From Microcoleaceae cyanobacterium (GTDB lineage: Bacteria > Cyanobacteriota > Cyanobacteriia > Cyanobacteriales > Microcoleaceae): a stretch of DNA of 29,369 nucleotides. Position numbers and translations under genes: made by a program. The notes beneath the pieces were generated by a model, which searched no databases, was not told the origin of the DNA, and saw only the letters and a list, made by a program, of their open reading frames with translations. Positions 1-9,481 of this stretch are shown here, one piece after another; the stretch's first letter is position 1, and each line of letters opens with the position of its first letter. The stretch spans positions 1-29,369 of the forward strand of contig JBOFUV010000079.1 of assembly GCA_051652765.1 (NCBI GenBank). The letters are read 5' to 3'.

Positions 1-103
1 TCCCGCAAACCCAAGAACTGATTTATAAATAAAAGCCTAAGAAATTGATTGATTCTCTATTCAGTCAATGCGTTTAGACATTCTAAATCTGAACATCACG
101 GAC

Positions 104-1129
104 TCAGGAGAACTGTTTCAATACCCACAGTAGCTTTTCTTTGACTGGACGACGGTGAGCTGAACCTGCTTTTTCTGCGTTTAAGTAATCGTAGTTTGTT
201 TGAAACCAATGATAACTCTCTTGAAACATTTCATCATTTGAATACTTGGGTTTCCAGCCCAAACTTAACAGGGGTTCAACATCAAAATAAAACTCTTTGT
301 GATAAGTAAGATAGTGCCAAGGTGCAAGTGGGCTCAAGCCAATTACATCCAGAACCTTCAAACTACTAATCGTTAATTCTATGGGAAGACTTTTGACCTG
401 AGACCCTGTTCCAGCAGCATGAATCAGATTTTCTAGCCCCTGACGGAGAGTGCCAAAACGATCTGTACCTACATTATAAACTCCAGGCTTCCCCAAATCT
501 AAGGCTAACAGATAGGCATCCATCAAATCCAAGGCATGAACAAATTGGAACTTGATATTTCCATCTCCGATTACATAAACATTTTTTCCATCTTGAATCC
601 ATTCAAACAAAATTTGGAAAATCCCTAACCGACCTTCTCCTAAAATCGTCCGGGGACGAATGACAACTAATGGTAGGTTTGCTTGATCACAAATGTCTTG
701 AACAGTCAGTTCTCCTGCTAGTTTTGCTCGGCCATATATTTCTACAGGGCTAGTTGAAGTTTCAGACGTAATTGGACATTTTGCATTACCAAATAACGCA
801 CTAGAACTCATATGAACAAAGCTTTGAACTCCTGCTTGAACAGCAGCTTTCGCCGCAATTCGACTTCCTTCAACATTCACATCCCAGAATTGATTTCCTG
901 ATTTTGTCAGGGGAACCAAAGCAACATTATGATGTACAATATCTATCCCTTGCATGGCAGCAAGTACGCCATCATAGTTACGAATATCACAGTCAATAAA
1001 TTCAATTCCAGGAGGTCGAGTTAAGTCTTCCCAGATATCTAAAACTTTGACTTGCTCACCCCGATCATACAATCGCCGTGCGATCAAATTCCCTAAAAAA
1101 CCAGAACCACCTGTGATTAAATGCTTCAC
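104..1129 (-). CDS. Extended SDR, NAD-dependent epimerase/dehydratase (3-beta-HSD-like)
   Basis: TGGSGFLG Rossmann motif, SSS catalytic Ser region and YGRAK (YxxxK). The GTG start shares one base with the upstream TAG stop (TAGTG). Confidence 0.9.
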   Translation of the reverse strand: MKHLITGGSGFLGNLIARRLYDRGEQVKVLDIWEDLTRPPGIEFIDCDIRNYDGVLAAMQGIDIVHHNVALVPLTKSGNQFWDVNVEGSRIAAKAAVQAGVQSFVHMSSSALFGNAKCPITSETSTSPVEIYGRAKLAGELTVQDICDQANLPLVVIRPRTILGEGRLGIFQILFEWIQDGKNVYVIGDGNIKFQFVHALDLMDAYLLALDLGKPGVYNVGTDRFGTLRQGLENLIHAAGTGSQVKSLPIELTISSLKVLDVIGLSPLAPWHYLTYHKEFYFDVEPLLSLGWKPKYSNDEMFQESYHWFQTNYDYLNAEKAGSAHRRPVKEKLLWVLKQFS

Positions 1130-2193
1130 TAGTTAAGTCCTCCATACTGCTGAAATACCCAATTTAAGCTTTGTCGCATTCCTTCTTCCAAAGAAATTTC
1201 TGGATTGTAACCTAGTTCCCGCTGAGCTTTCGCAATTGAACACGCAATGGTTTTATTCATTTCTGAAAGGACATGAATTTTCTGATTATAAAGTCCTAAT
1301 GACTGAATTAAATAATCTGCAATCAGAGCAAGTTCACTCATCATTCCAGGGAGTCTCAGACGTTTGTGAGCACAAACTTGATTGAATTCAGAGTCTAATA
1401 ATTGCTCAATTGTATCAATGATCTGATTCATTGAATAAGGATATTGATCTGCAATCCAATAGGTCTGTCCCTTTGCCTTTTCAGTAATCGCAGCAAGAAT
1501 TAAACCCTGGCAGAGATTATCAATATAGGCCATTGATCTAAGGTTATTTCCAGTCCCAATAATTGGCCCTTTTCCTGCTTGAATTAGTTTAAAAAAGAGA
1601 GTTTGTCGGAGAGGTTGATTAGGCCCATAAAACCACGGAGCACGAATAATCACTGTTTCGAGTTTTCCAGACTTAAAATAGTCTTGAACCGCTAACTCCA
1701 TGAGCATTTTAGATCGGCCATAGTTCATATATGGATAATAAGGAGAAACCTCATCAAACAAATGATCGGGATGAAGATTATAGCCACAGGGCGAGTTGGA
1801 AGAAACCATAATAGCTCGCTGAATTTGATTGATAACTGCTGAGTTTAATAAATTTTTAGTTCCTTCCAGGTTCACTTGATAGAACTCTTTAATTCGCTGA
1901 GGATGGATAATACCAGCAGTATGAAATAAAGTTGCGCCTTTGGCTCCAGAACAAAAGCGATCACAATCTTTAGAACTCCTTAAATCCCCCTGAATTACTT
2001 CAATTTGTGGTGCAAGCTCTTGAAGTGGAGTCTGATCTTGTTCTGGCAAGATTAGACATCTAATTTTTAAGTTTTGCTGAGGCTGACTGAGGATTTCACA
2101 TCCTGAAAGTCCCTGAACCAAAGCTTTTACTAGGCTGATTCCCAACCATCCAGAAGCTCCAGTGACTAGAATAAGATTAGTTCCAAATTCCAT
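1129..2193 (-). CDS. Extended SDR, NAD-dependent epimerase/dehydratase
   Basis: VTGASGWLG, HTAG, VSSNS and YGRSK motifs; C-terminal KAQRELGYNP typical of extended SDRs. Confidence 0.9.
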   Translation of the reverse strand: MEFGTNLILVTGASGWLGISLVKALVQGLSGCEILSQPQQNLKIRCLILPEQDQTPLQELAPQIEVIQGDLRSSKDCDRFCSGAKGATLFHTAGIIHPQRIKEFYQVNLEGTKNLLNSAVINQIQRAIMVSSNSPCGYNLHPDHLFDEVSPYYPYMNYGRSKMLMELAVQDYFKSGKLETVIIRAPWFYGPNQPLRQTLFFKLIQAGKGPIIGTGNNLRSMAYIDNLCQGLILAAITEKAKGQTYWIADQYPYSMNQIIDTIEQLLDSEFNQVCAHKRLRLPGMMSELALIADYLIQSLGLYNQKIHVLSEMNKTIACSIAKAQRELGYNPEISLEEGMRQSLNWVFQQYGGLN

Positions 2194-2199
2194 AAAAAC

Positions 2200-3681
2200 T
2201 CAAAGTTTTCCCAAAAATTTTAGCGCATTGCGGCGGGCGATCGCCATAATCGATCCCTGAGGATTCACCCCTGGTGCTGTACAAAGCAAACTTGCATCTG
2301 CAATATAAAGATTATCAAATCCATGTACCTTTCCAAAGGAATTTGTAGCACATTTCTGTTGATCTTCTCCCATAGGACAAGTGGAAAATACATGAACTGT
2401 CATTAAATTTGTTTGATCAGCAGGTAAAATTTCTGGGATTTGATTGATATCACTGGGTTTGATCAATCGTTGACTATTAGAAATACTGGGATATAACACT
2501 TCTGCTCCTGCCTCAAATAAAAGACTAGAAAGTTTTTTGAGGGCATCTGCCAGGGTCTGTAAATCTTCTTGAGCTAGAGAATAACGAACCAAGGCATCAC
2601 GATATCCCGGTACACAACGCACTGAACCTTGGCTTTTTCCAGTAATCATAGCGTAGTAAATTGCCATGTTTTGCCAATGATTACAAACCCTGTCAGTGTA
2701 TTGAGGATGATCAATCATGCCAACTGATAGATAAGGAGGTGAACTAATTGAACAACCAAAACTAAATTTGGGCGAAAATTCTTTTACTTGATGAATTGGA
2801 ACTCCCATCTCTAAAGAATTGACGACTTCAGGAAATTGAGCAATAACCTTTACCGTTGGATGCATTCTTAAAGTATTACCAATTTTTTGAGTGATTCCAC
2901 TTCGTCTTAATAGGGCTGGAGTTTGAATTGCTCCACAACAAATAAACAAGGTTTCTGCTAAAACTTTAATGGGTTTCTTGGATTGGTTCAGAGTAGAAAA
3001 ATTACCATGAAGTAACCATTTCTGTCCTTGTTTACGAATGCTCTGAATTCGAGTATTGGTTAGGAGTTTACATCCTGCTGCTAATGCTCTAGGAATAAAC
3101 GTTTTTGTCATAGATTGGCGCGTTCCTTTTGGGGTTAATTCAGAAGCCATTTGTTCTGCGTATTGAAACCAGCGGGGGACTTCTATCGATTGCCAACCTA
3201 ACTGAGTTGCCCCTTCATGCAGTTTTAAAGATGCGATTGGTACTTTACCAGGGAATAAGCCAACGTTAATTGCCCTTTCACAGGCTTCAAAATGAGGGAT
3301 CAAGTCACTTTCTGTCAACGCTTCTACTGCAAATTCTATTCGCCAATTTTCCAAAATTTCCGCCGGTGTCCGATGATAAAAGCCACTATTGATTTCACTC
3401 CCTCCCCCCACACATCGTCCTTCAACATACTGAATTTTGGGTTTTCCTAAGGCTGCAGTTAAGCCACCATTACGATATTTTTGAATCATTTCTTCCTGGG
3501 AAAAGGGACAACAAGATTCTAGCGACCAGAATGATCCCTCTTCAATTAAAAGCACATCTCGCCCTGCCTCAGCGAGCAAACAAGCCGTAATTGATCCTCC
3601 AGGGCCAGAACCAATTACTGCGATTTCACAACTCAAAACCGAATCTAGAGTGATCATTAAATCAGGGTTTAAAGTAGTCAT
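2200..3681 (-). CDS. GMC family FAD-dependent oxidoreductase
   Basis: GSGPGG FAD motif, GGGSEINSG, GAIQTPALL, and HVFSTCPMG plus GVNPQ (His/Asn catalytic pair). Confidence 0.92.
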   Translation of the reverse strand: MTTLNPDLMITLDSVLSCEIAVIGSGPGGSITACLLAEAGRDVLLIEEGSFWSLESCCPFSQEEMIQKYRNGGLTAALGKPKIQYVEGRCVGGGSEINSGFYHRTPAEILENWRIEFAVEALTESDLIPHFEACERAINVGLFPGKVPIASLKLHEGATQLGWQSIEVPRWFQYAEQMASELTPKGTRQSMTKTFIPRALAAGCKLLTNTRIQSIRKQGQKWLLHGNFSTLNQSKKPIKVLAETLFICCGAIQTPALLRRSGITQKIGNTLRMHPTVKVIAQFPEVVNSLEMGVPIHQVKEFSPKFSFGCSISSPPYLSVGMIDHPQYTDRVCNHWQNMAIYYAMITGKSQGSVRCVPGYRDALVRYSLAQEDLQTLADALKKLSSLLFEAGAEVLYPSISNSQRLIKPSDINQIPEILPADQTNLMTVHVFSTCPMGEDQQKCATNSFGKVHGFDNLYIADASLLCTAPGVNPQGSIMAIARRNALKFLGKL

Positions 3682-3734
3682 TAATTCTAAAAAGTTGAAG
3701 TTAAAAAGTTGAAATTAAATTACAAATTCGCGAC

Positions 3735-4127
3735 TCAGTATTCTAGTAAATTCTGAGAGACTAGATAACTTTGCCAAGCCAGGACAGTTAAGCTTTCATA
3801 AAAACGAATTAAATCTCGACAAAAGCCAATTGAAGAATTTCGCCATAGATCAATCTGTTGAGAACGTACTTGAGGAGATTGATGATGAAATGGTCTGTTT
3901 CCTTGGAGAACACCAATAATGTCAAAAATTAACGTTAGGATTAAAATTGGAAATTGTAAATAATCAGGCATTCTGAGGTGTTGTCCTAAAACAAAATGAA
4001 CCACTTTATTGTGAGGAAAATGATGTTCATTCTGATAAAACCGACAATGTTTATCAATCAATGAATAACAGATTGCAGATACAATCGCAGTAAATCTCTG
4101 ATTGATCATAGGATTTATTAACATCAA
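3735..4127 (-). CDS. Small hypothetical protein, probable helical partner subunit of the GMC oxidoreductase
   Basis: 130-aa ORF directly upstream of the GMC gene on the same strand. RPF..QSPQVR...IDLWRNS resembles small accessory modules found next to GMC enzymes. Start uncertain (TTG 4127 or a downstream ATG). Confidence 0.6.
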   Translation of the reverse strand: MMLINPMINQRFTAIVSAICYSLIDKHCRFYQNEHHFPHNKVVHFVLGQHLRMPDYLQFPILILTLIFDIIGVLQGNRPFHHQSPQVRSQQIDLWRNSSIGFCRDLIRFYESLTVLAWQSYLVSQNLLEY

Positions 4128-4235
4128 TTTTTAGGAGACTAAACCTACTTTTATTTTACTACTTCTATTTTATTTAAAAATTGGCTCTACAATAGATGTA
4201 GTTTACCATCTCCTGTATAATGATTCTAGAAATGT

Positions 4236-4308
4236 TGTGATGCAGGCATCTTGCCCAGGTAAGCTTCAAGCCTACGCCACGTGAACGCTTCAAGTCAGAT
4301 TGCTACAG
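4236..4308 (-). repeat. REP-like imperfect palindrome, copy 1
   Basis: The reverse complement of 4236-4281 matches 23641-23686 at 30/46 positions ungapped, and both copies are preceded by CT(A/G)TAGCAATC. Confidence 0.65.
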
Positions 4309-4454
4309 TAGTTCTGGATAGCTTGTCACACATCAGAGTGCCAGCGTTTTAGAAACCGGGTCAAAATCTCTAGACTCTTTACTGTTTAAATATTCAAGAT
4401 TGTTAATTGTTCCCGTGTATATTTGCTAGTTTACTATTATATTCTTAAGTTCAG

Positions 4455-6269
4455 ATGGCTAATAGACTTCCATCTTTTTCTAGGCTCTTAGCTGGCTCTT
4501 TAGCTATACTTTACATGATTCCTGCTTTAGGAATATTCTGGTTTATTACTCGATTTGGTGTAAATGTTCCCTTTTTTGATCAGTGGAATCTGCCTTTTTT
4601 ATTTGAGAAAGTAGCCCATGGAAATCTTGATCTAGAAAATTTATTTTCTCTACACAATACCCATCGGATCTTTTTTCCAAGAATTATTTTTATTCTCTTG
4701 GCATTCACCTCGGGTTGGAACCTTAGACTAGAGATTTATTTCAGCTTAATTTTTGCCCTCATAACGTTTGGACTATTATATCGCCTCGCCCAGTTCACAA
4801 TCCCGCAACGTCATCGCAACCTATGGTTTCATTTAACCAATCTTGTCGCTAGTATTTTATTTTTTTCATGGGTTCAACGAGAGAACTGGCTATGGGGATT
4901 TCAACTCGCAATTTTCTTAATTAATTTTTGCCTGGTTTTAAGTTGCTTAATTTTGACTACTGAAAGATTAAATCATGGGAAAAAACTCCTCCTTTCTGCT
5001 TTACTCTGTGTTGTTTCAAGTTTTTCATCGCTTCAGGGATTAGTGACTTGGTTAGCTCTGATTCCGTCTATTATTGCCCTGCCAGGAACTAGAAAGATCA
5101 GAATTAAAAGAGTTATTATTTGGGTGATTCTATTTTTAGTTACAGGAAGTATCTATGCAATTAAGTATCATTCTGAAGCCGAACAAATCAGTTCTACAGA
5201 GAATTCGCAATCTTGGTTGTTGATTCACTTTTTCTTAAATATGATCACTGCTCCAATCTCTGGAAATACTGAGTGGAGTTGGATATTTGGAATCATAATC
5301 TTGCTAAGTTTTCTAGTGACTATACTATTTCAAATAGAGCAAGTCAATGGAACACTATCTGTTTCTAAATTTGCAGTTCCTTGGATTTCATTGGGTCTAT
5401 TCTCAATCTTTTATTGTATTTTAACAACATTAGGTAGATTTGAGTTGGGTGCAATATACGCAATTCAAGCATCTCGATATACGACTCATTCACTTTTATT
5501 AATAATTGCTAGTTTACAACTTTATCTACTTCTTTTTTATCGCAGAACCTTAAAGAGTCAACACTCTATTTTGAGAATTTCAGTAAAATTCAAGCATACT
5601 ATTTATGGCTTGGTGTTAGGAATACTTCTTTGTATGATCTGCGCCCGATCGTTGCAAGCATTAAACTATGTGAGTACGTTTCACAATTATTTGCAAATAA
5701 CCGGAAAAACCTGCTTGGAGTTGATTCACTATCTTGAAAATTCCACTTTTTTTGACGATTCAGAAAATAGTTGTTTTTTACGGCTTCATCCTCAACCCAA
5801 ATTAATCCGGGCTGGCGTTTACCTAATGGAGAGAATTGGGTTCAGAGAATTTAGTCGAAAGGCAAGTTTTCTAGAAGATGCTAAGCAGGATTATGGATAT
5901 ATTAGTTTTCCTCAGACAACTGAACAGTCTATTACCCTGAATCACAATGATCAAGTTTTGATTAATGGCTGGGCAATTCTGCCCAACTGCCAAAAACAGC
6001 CTAATTTAGTTTTTTTATCCAGTAATCATCAAAAGTCTTTCTTTGCAAACGCTGATATTAATTTAGAGAGTCTTGACGTTGCTCAATTTTTAAACTCTGA
6101 TTGTTACACCCGATCTCGATGGAGTCTAAAGTTTTCTGCCAGGTATTTGCCAGTTGGAGAAACAGTAGTCCATGGTTGGGTCTATGAACCTGATACAAAT
6201 CAATTTGTTCGTTTACGAGGAGAGATTTATGTGACAATTCAAGGAGAATTGGCTCCTGAACTGGATTAG
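4455..6269 (+). CDS. Polytopic membrane protein, GT-C-like (lipid-linked-sugar glycosyltransferase-like), with soluble C-terminal domain
   Basis: Many hydrophobic segments; first loop NVPFFDQW...HNTHRIFFPR with an acidic residue; SRY motif late in the TM region; beta-rich C-terminal domain (INGWAIL...GWVYEP). Confidence 0.6.
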   Translation: MANRLPSFSRLLAGSLAILYMIPALGIFWFITRFGVNVPFFDQWNLPFLFEKVAHGNLDLENLFSLHNTHRIFFPRIIFILLAFTSGWNLRLEIYFSLIFALITFGLLYRLAQFTIPQRHRNLWFHLTNLVASILFFSWVQRENWLWGFQLAIFLINFCLVLSCLILTTERLNHGKKLLLSALLCVVSSFSSLQGLVTWLALIPSIIALPGTRKIRIKRVIIWVILFLVTGSIYAIKYHSEAEQISSTENSQSWLLIHFFLNMITAPISGNTEWSWIFGIIILLSFLVTILFQIEQVNGTLSVSKFAVPWISLGLFSIFYCILTTLGRFELGAIYAIQASRYTTHSLLLIIASLQLYLLLFYRRTLKSQHSILRISVKFKHTIYGLVLGILLCMICARSLQALNYVSTFHNYLQITGKTCLELIHYLENSTFFDDSENSCFLRLHPQPKLIRAGVYLMERIGFREFSRKASFLEDAKQDYGYISFPQTTEQSITLNHNDQVLINGWAILPNCQKQPNLVFLSSNHQKSFFANADINLESLDVAQFLNSDCYTRSRWSLKFSARYLPVGETVVHGWVYEPDTNQFVRLRGEIYVTIQGELAPELD

Positions 6270-6391
6270 TTTTTAGTTAATCGCAAGCCGGAGAAAAAAG
6301 GACAAAGCCTTCGAAAGAGCATCCTAACTTAACCGGATGACTAACCCTGATCACTGAATTAAACAATATATTTTGAGGAGAACTTGTTCCT

Positions 6392-6784
6392 ATGGCAATC
6401 AGTATAAATCCCGAAAAGACAATCTTAGCGGTAGACGATAGCGCAGTAATGCGTGGACTCATTCAAAAAGTGCTTGGACAACACTATCGGGTACTGGTTG
6501 CTGACAACGCTACAGATGCTCTCTCCCTGATTTACCATGAAAAAGTTTCCTTGTTACTCTTGGATGTCGATATGCCAGGAATTAGTGGCTTAGAGTTATG
6601 TCGCACCATTCGCACTCTACCCCAATTCCAAACTATTCCTATCGTGATGTTGACAGCACGAGATGCAGCTTTTGACCATGTTCAAGGCAAGATGGCAGGT
6701 GCAACTGAATATTTAACCAAACCTTTTGACACTGAATATTTACAACAAACTGTTGTAAGTATCTTAGCGAAAGTACATGCTTAA
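6392..6784 (+). CDS. Single-domain response regulator (CheY-like; PilG/PatA-type receiver)
   Basis: AVDDS acidic pocket, LLLLDVDMP phospho-Asp, MLTAR and GATEYLTKPF. GAGGAG SD-like sequence upstream. Confidence 0.93.
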   Translation: MAISINPEKTILAVDDSAVMRGLIQKVLGQHYRVLVADNATDALSLIYHEKVSLLLLDVDMPGISGLELCRTIRTLPQFQTIPIVMLTARDAAFDHVQGKMAGATEYLTKPFDTEYLQQTVVSILAKVHA

Positions 6785-6832
6785 AAACTAGTCTTTATTA
6801 CCTACCTAACCCACAAAATTCCAATTGAACAG

Positions 6833-8032
6833 TCAATTGAACAGTCGTTTAAGGGTGCGTTGATTTTCTGCCGGGGTTCCAATTGTAATTCTCAAGCCTC
6901 CGCCTGTATGACGAATTAGCGTACCCTGAGCTTGTAGAGTTTGCCTTAGTTGTACTAAAGTTCTATGTTCTAAAGTTTTATATTCTAAAGTTCTATGTTC
7001 TGAGGCTTCATCAGCAGACATTTCTAAACGATCTAGATGATCAGCCTCCAACCGGGTGTAAAGAAAATTACTATGACTCGGCCAAACTCTGAGCTTAGAA
7101 TGCTGTTTCAAGGCTTCAGATAACTGCTGGCGCTGTGCCAAAATTTCAGGAATAATTGAGAGCAATTCTGCTTGGTGGGATAATGCAAATTCTGCTGCCA
7201 ATTGAGAGAAAGCTGGTAAATTATAGGGCAGTCGAACTTTCTCTAAAATTGCAATTAAGTCGGGGTGAGCGATCGCATAACCAATTCGTAGAGCTGCTAA
7301 TCGAAAGGCTTTAGAAAAGGTACGCAGAATTATCCAGTTTCGATGATGTTGCAATTCTTCAACCAGAGTCGTTTGGCTGAATTCAAAATAGGCTTCATCA
7401 ATCACCACTAAGATTTGTTCTGGTAAATTTTTTAACCAATTTAATTCAGCTTGAGTTAATATATTCGCTGTCGGCGAGTTAGGATGGACAACAAACACAA
7501 CCCGAATCGGTGGAGTTTGAGTTTGTTCAATTGCCTGCTGCGCTGCCTTTAAATCCATAGAAAAATCGGCTTCAGATCGGTTGATTTGAATAACAGGAAT
7601 TCCCAAAGTTTCTGCCAGAATTGCATACATGGAGAACGTTGGGTTTGCAACCAAAACTGAGCCTTCTCCCGACAAACAAGTTGCAATTAAAATAGAACGA
7701 ATCAATTCATCAGAACCATTGCCAATAGAAATATTTCTAGGCTGAACATTCGCTGATTCCTCTAAACAATTGACATTAACGTATTCAGCAACGGCAGCCT
7801 TTAAAGTCTCATGTTTTCCATCAGGATAACGATTAGTTTCAATCTCATGTTGATAAACCCAAGCCAATTTCCGCTTCAGGAATTCAGGTAAATCATAGGG
7901 ACATTCATTTGTATCCAACCGATCTAGACTGATTGGGGACTGGACTGGACTGCCAAATTCACCCCCAGGATGGGGCTTATAGGCTTGAAACTGATTTAGA
8001 TCGGTGCGAATAAAGGGTAGATTCTCAGTCAT
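6833..8032 (-). CDS. hisC: Histidinol-phosphate aminotransferase
   Basis: [30 protein letters not shown], the PLP-lysine motif [16 protein letters not shown], and LRITIGT. Confidence 0.93.
   Translation of the reverse strand: MTENLPFIRTDLNQFQAYKPHPGGEFGSPVQSPISLDRLDTNECPYDLPEFLKRKLAWVYQHEIETNRYPDGKHETLKAAVAEYVNVNCLEESANVQPRNISIGNGSDELIRSILIATCLSGEGSVLVANPTFSMYAILAETLGIPVIQINRSEADFSMDLKAAQQAIEQTQTPPIRVVFVVHPNSPTANILTQAELNWLKNLPEQILVVIDEAYFEFSQTTLVEELQHHRNWIILRTFSKAFRLAALRIGYAIAHPDLIAILEKVRLPYNLPAFSQLAAEFALSHQAELLSIIPEILAQRQQLSEALKQHSKLRVWPSHSNFLYTRLEADHLDRLEMSADEASEHRTLEYKTLEHRTLVQLRQTLQAQGTLIRHTGGGLRITIGTPAENQRTLKRLFN
6955..7000. repeat. In-frame 15-bp tandem repeat x3 inside hisC
   Basis: CTAAAGTTCTATGTT / CTAAAGTTTTATATT / CTAAAGTTCTATGTT, encoding [15 protein letters not shown]. 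Confidence 0.9.
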
Positions 8033-8723
8033 ATCGTTTCTGCCTTTGGATCAAGTTAATGTAGTAAAACAACTGCAACACAGAGGTAACTGCTGCTGCT
8101 AGGTAAGTCAATGCTGCTGCCGTTAAAACCTGGCGAGCCCCTTTAACGTCTTCTTTAGTCTCCAGCAATCCTGCTTCCTGTAACAGAGCTAATCCCCGAC
8201 GACTAGCATCTAGTTCCACAGGCAGCGTCAGTAGTGAGAACAACACCATCAGTCCAAAAAAAATCACGCCAATCCACATCATTCCCGTCGCATTAAATAA
8301 GATCCCCATGGTGAAAGCAATGTAGGAGATCGTGGGCGAGAATTGGACTGCCGGGAGCAACACATTTCGCATTCTGATCAGGGCTGAGCCAGTCTGGTAT
8401 TGCTGCACATGGCCCAACTCATGGGCCGTGACCGCCATGGCTGCAACCGAGGGCTGATTTGCAACTGGAGTAGATAGCCGGACTACATTTACATGAGGAT
8501 CATAATGATCGGTTAAGGTGCCACGGGTCTGTTCCAACGGAATGGGTCGCAGGGAGGTTCGGTCAAATAGGGTTTCCCCAACTTGCATCCCCGTCATTCG
8601 TTCTGAGTTTTGTACCCGACTCCATTTTGCAAAAGACCTTTGCAAATAGAGCTGTACCAAGCCCGATAGAACCAAAGTTGGCAGCGCGATCAACAGAAAA
8701 TAAGTTGGGTCGAAATAAAACAT
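8025..8723 (-). CDS. Membrane zinc metallopeptidase, YugP-like
   Basis: LTDHYDP, AHELGH (HExxH), [11 protein letters not shown] and [12 protein letters not shown]. Overlaps the hisC start by 8 nt. Confidence 0.9.
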   Translation of the reverse strand: MFYFDPTYFLLIALPTLVLSGLVQLYLQRSFAKWSRVQNSERMTGMQVGETLFDRTSLRPIPLEQTRGTLTDHYDPHVNVVRLSTPVANQPSVAAMAVTAHELGHVQQYQTGSALIRMRNVLLPAVQFSPTISYIAFTMGILFNATGMMWIGVIFFGLMVLFSLLTLPVELDASRRGLALLQEAGLLETKEDVKGARQVLTAAALTYLAAAVTSVLQLFYYINLIQRQKRYD

Positions 8724-8729
8724 TGATCC

Positions 8730-9374
8730 CTAACTCCAATATTTAACAAATTCTTCCTTGACAAAAGTAAGCTGTCGATAGTTCCGCAACTGCGTCACCA
8801 TACCCGTGATCGCCAAAACCGACCAAACCATTCGCCAAAACCAAGAATCTTGCAAAATGGGACGAATGACATCTTCCGCCCCTTGCAAATTGTCCAGAGA
8901 AACATGCCCGATCAGGAGCAAGACTGACAGCACCATAGCATTTGCACCACTCAGTGCCGTGAAAACAATCACCCAGTATTGCTGCCAATTGCGAACGCGA
9001 GTGAGAATTCTAGTTACAACTCCTACAATCACTGCCATTAGAGCAATCAACTGCCCTGACTCAATTCCATTCGCCATCAGGAAGCCAGATATCAGCCATG
9101 CCCCCGCCGCACCACTCAGCAATGCCACACCTATTTCATAGAATTGCCAGGAGAAGATAGCCGAAAACACCCCCAGGACAACTCCTGTAGTTAGACCTGT
9201 TGTTGTAGCGATGAACCCCTCTCCCAGCAAAAAGTAAACCCCTTTTGTTCCCAACCACAGCCCACCAAAAAATGCCCATATCGGCAACATCACCATCAAT
9301 AAGCGATAGCCCCCAAAACAGAAAAGGCCACCAAATAGCACTGAAAATATTGCCAAGATAACGACTTTGATCAT
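8730..9374 (-). CDS. DUF4203-like multi-pass membrane protein
   Basis: About 7 hydrophobic Gly-rich segments; GGLFCFGGYRL...LPIWAFFGG start and TALSGA motif. Confidence 0.7.
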   Translation of the reverse strand: MIKVVILAIFSVLFGGLFCFGGYRLLMVMLPIWAFFGGLWLGTKGVYFLLGEGFIATTTGLTTGVVLGVFSAIFSWQFYEIGVALLSGAAGAWLISGFLMANGIESGQLIALMAVIVGVVTRILTRVRNWQQYWVIVFTALSGANAMVLSVLLLIGHVSLDNLQGAEDVIRPILQDSWFWRMVWSVLAITGMVTQLRNYRQLTFVKEEFVKYWS

Positions 9375-9481
9375 AGTCCTGAACGAGATTTCCTGACGAG
9401 GCTGTAGCTAAGAGGATAGCAGTAGCGAATAACATATCTAGAACACTGGCTAGATTTTTTTAGAGTTTATTTAATTAGCAT

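Noticed and set aside
6277..6462. 61-aa minus-strand ORF
   Set aside because: It overlaps the response regulator start on the opposite strand and has no features.
8743..9435. Overlapping or antisense short ORFs (8743-8988, 8806-9141, 9136-9435)
   Set aside because: They are shadows of the DUF4203-like gene with no recognisable motifs.
9436..9461. ATCTAG...CTAGAT hairpin followed by a T-run
   Set aside because: Weak AT-rich 6-bp stem, and the T-tract is on the strand opposite to the flanking genes.
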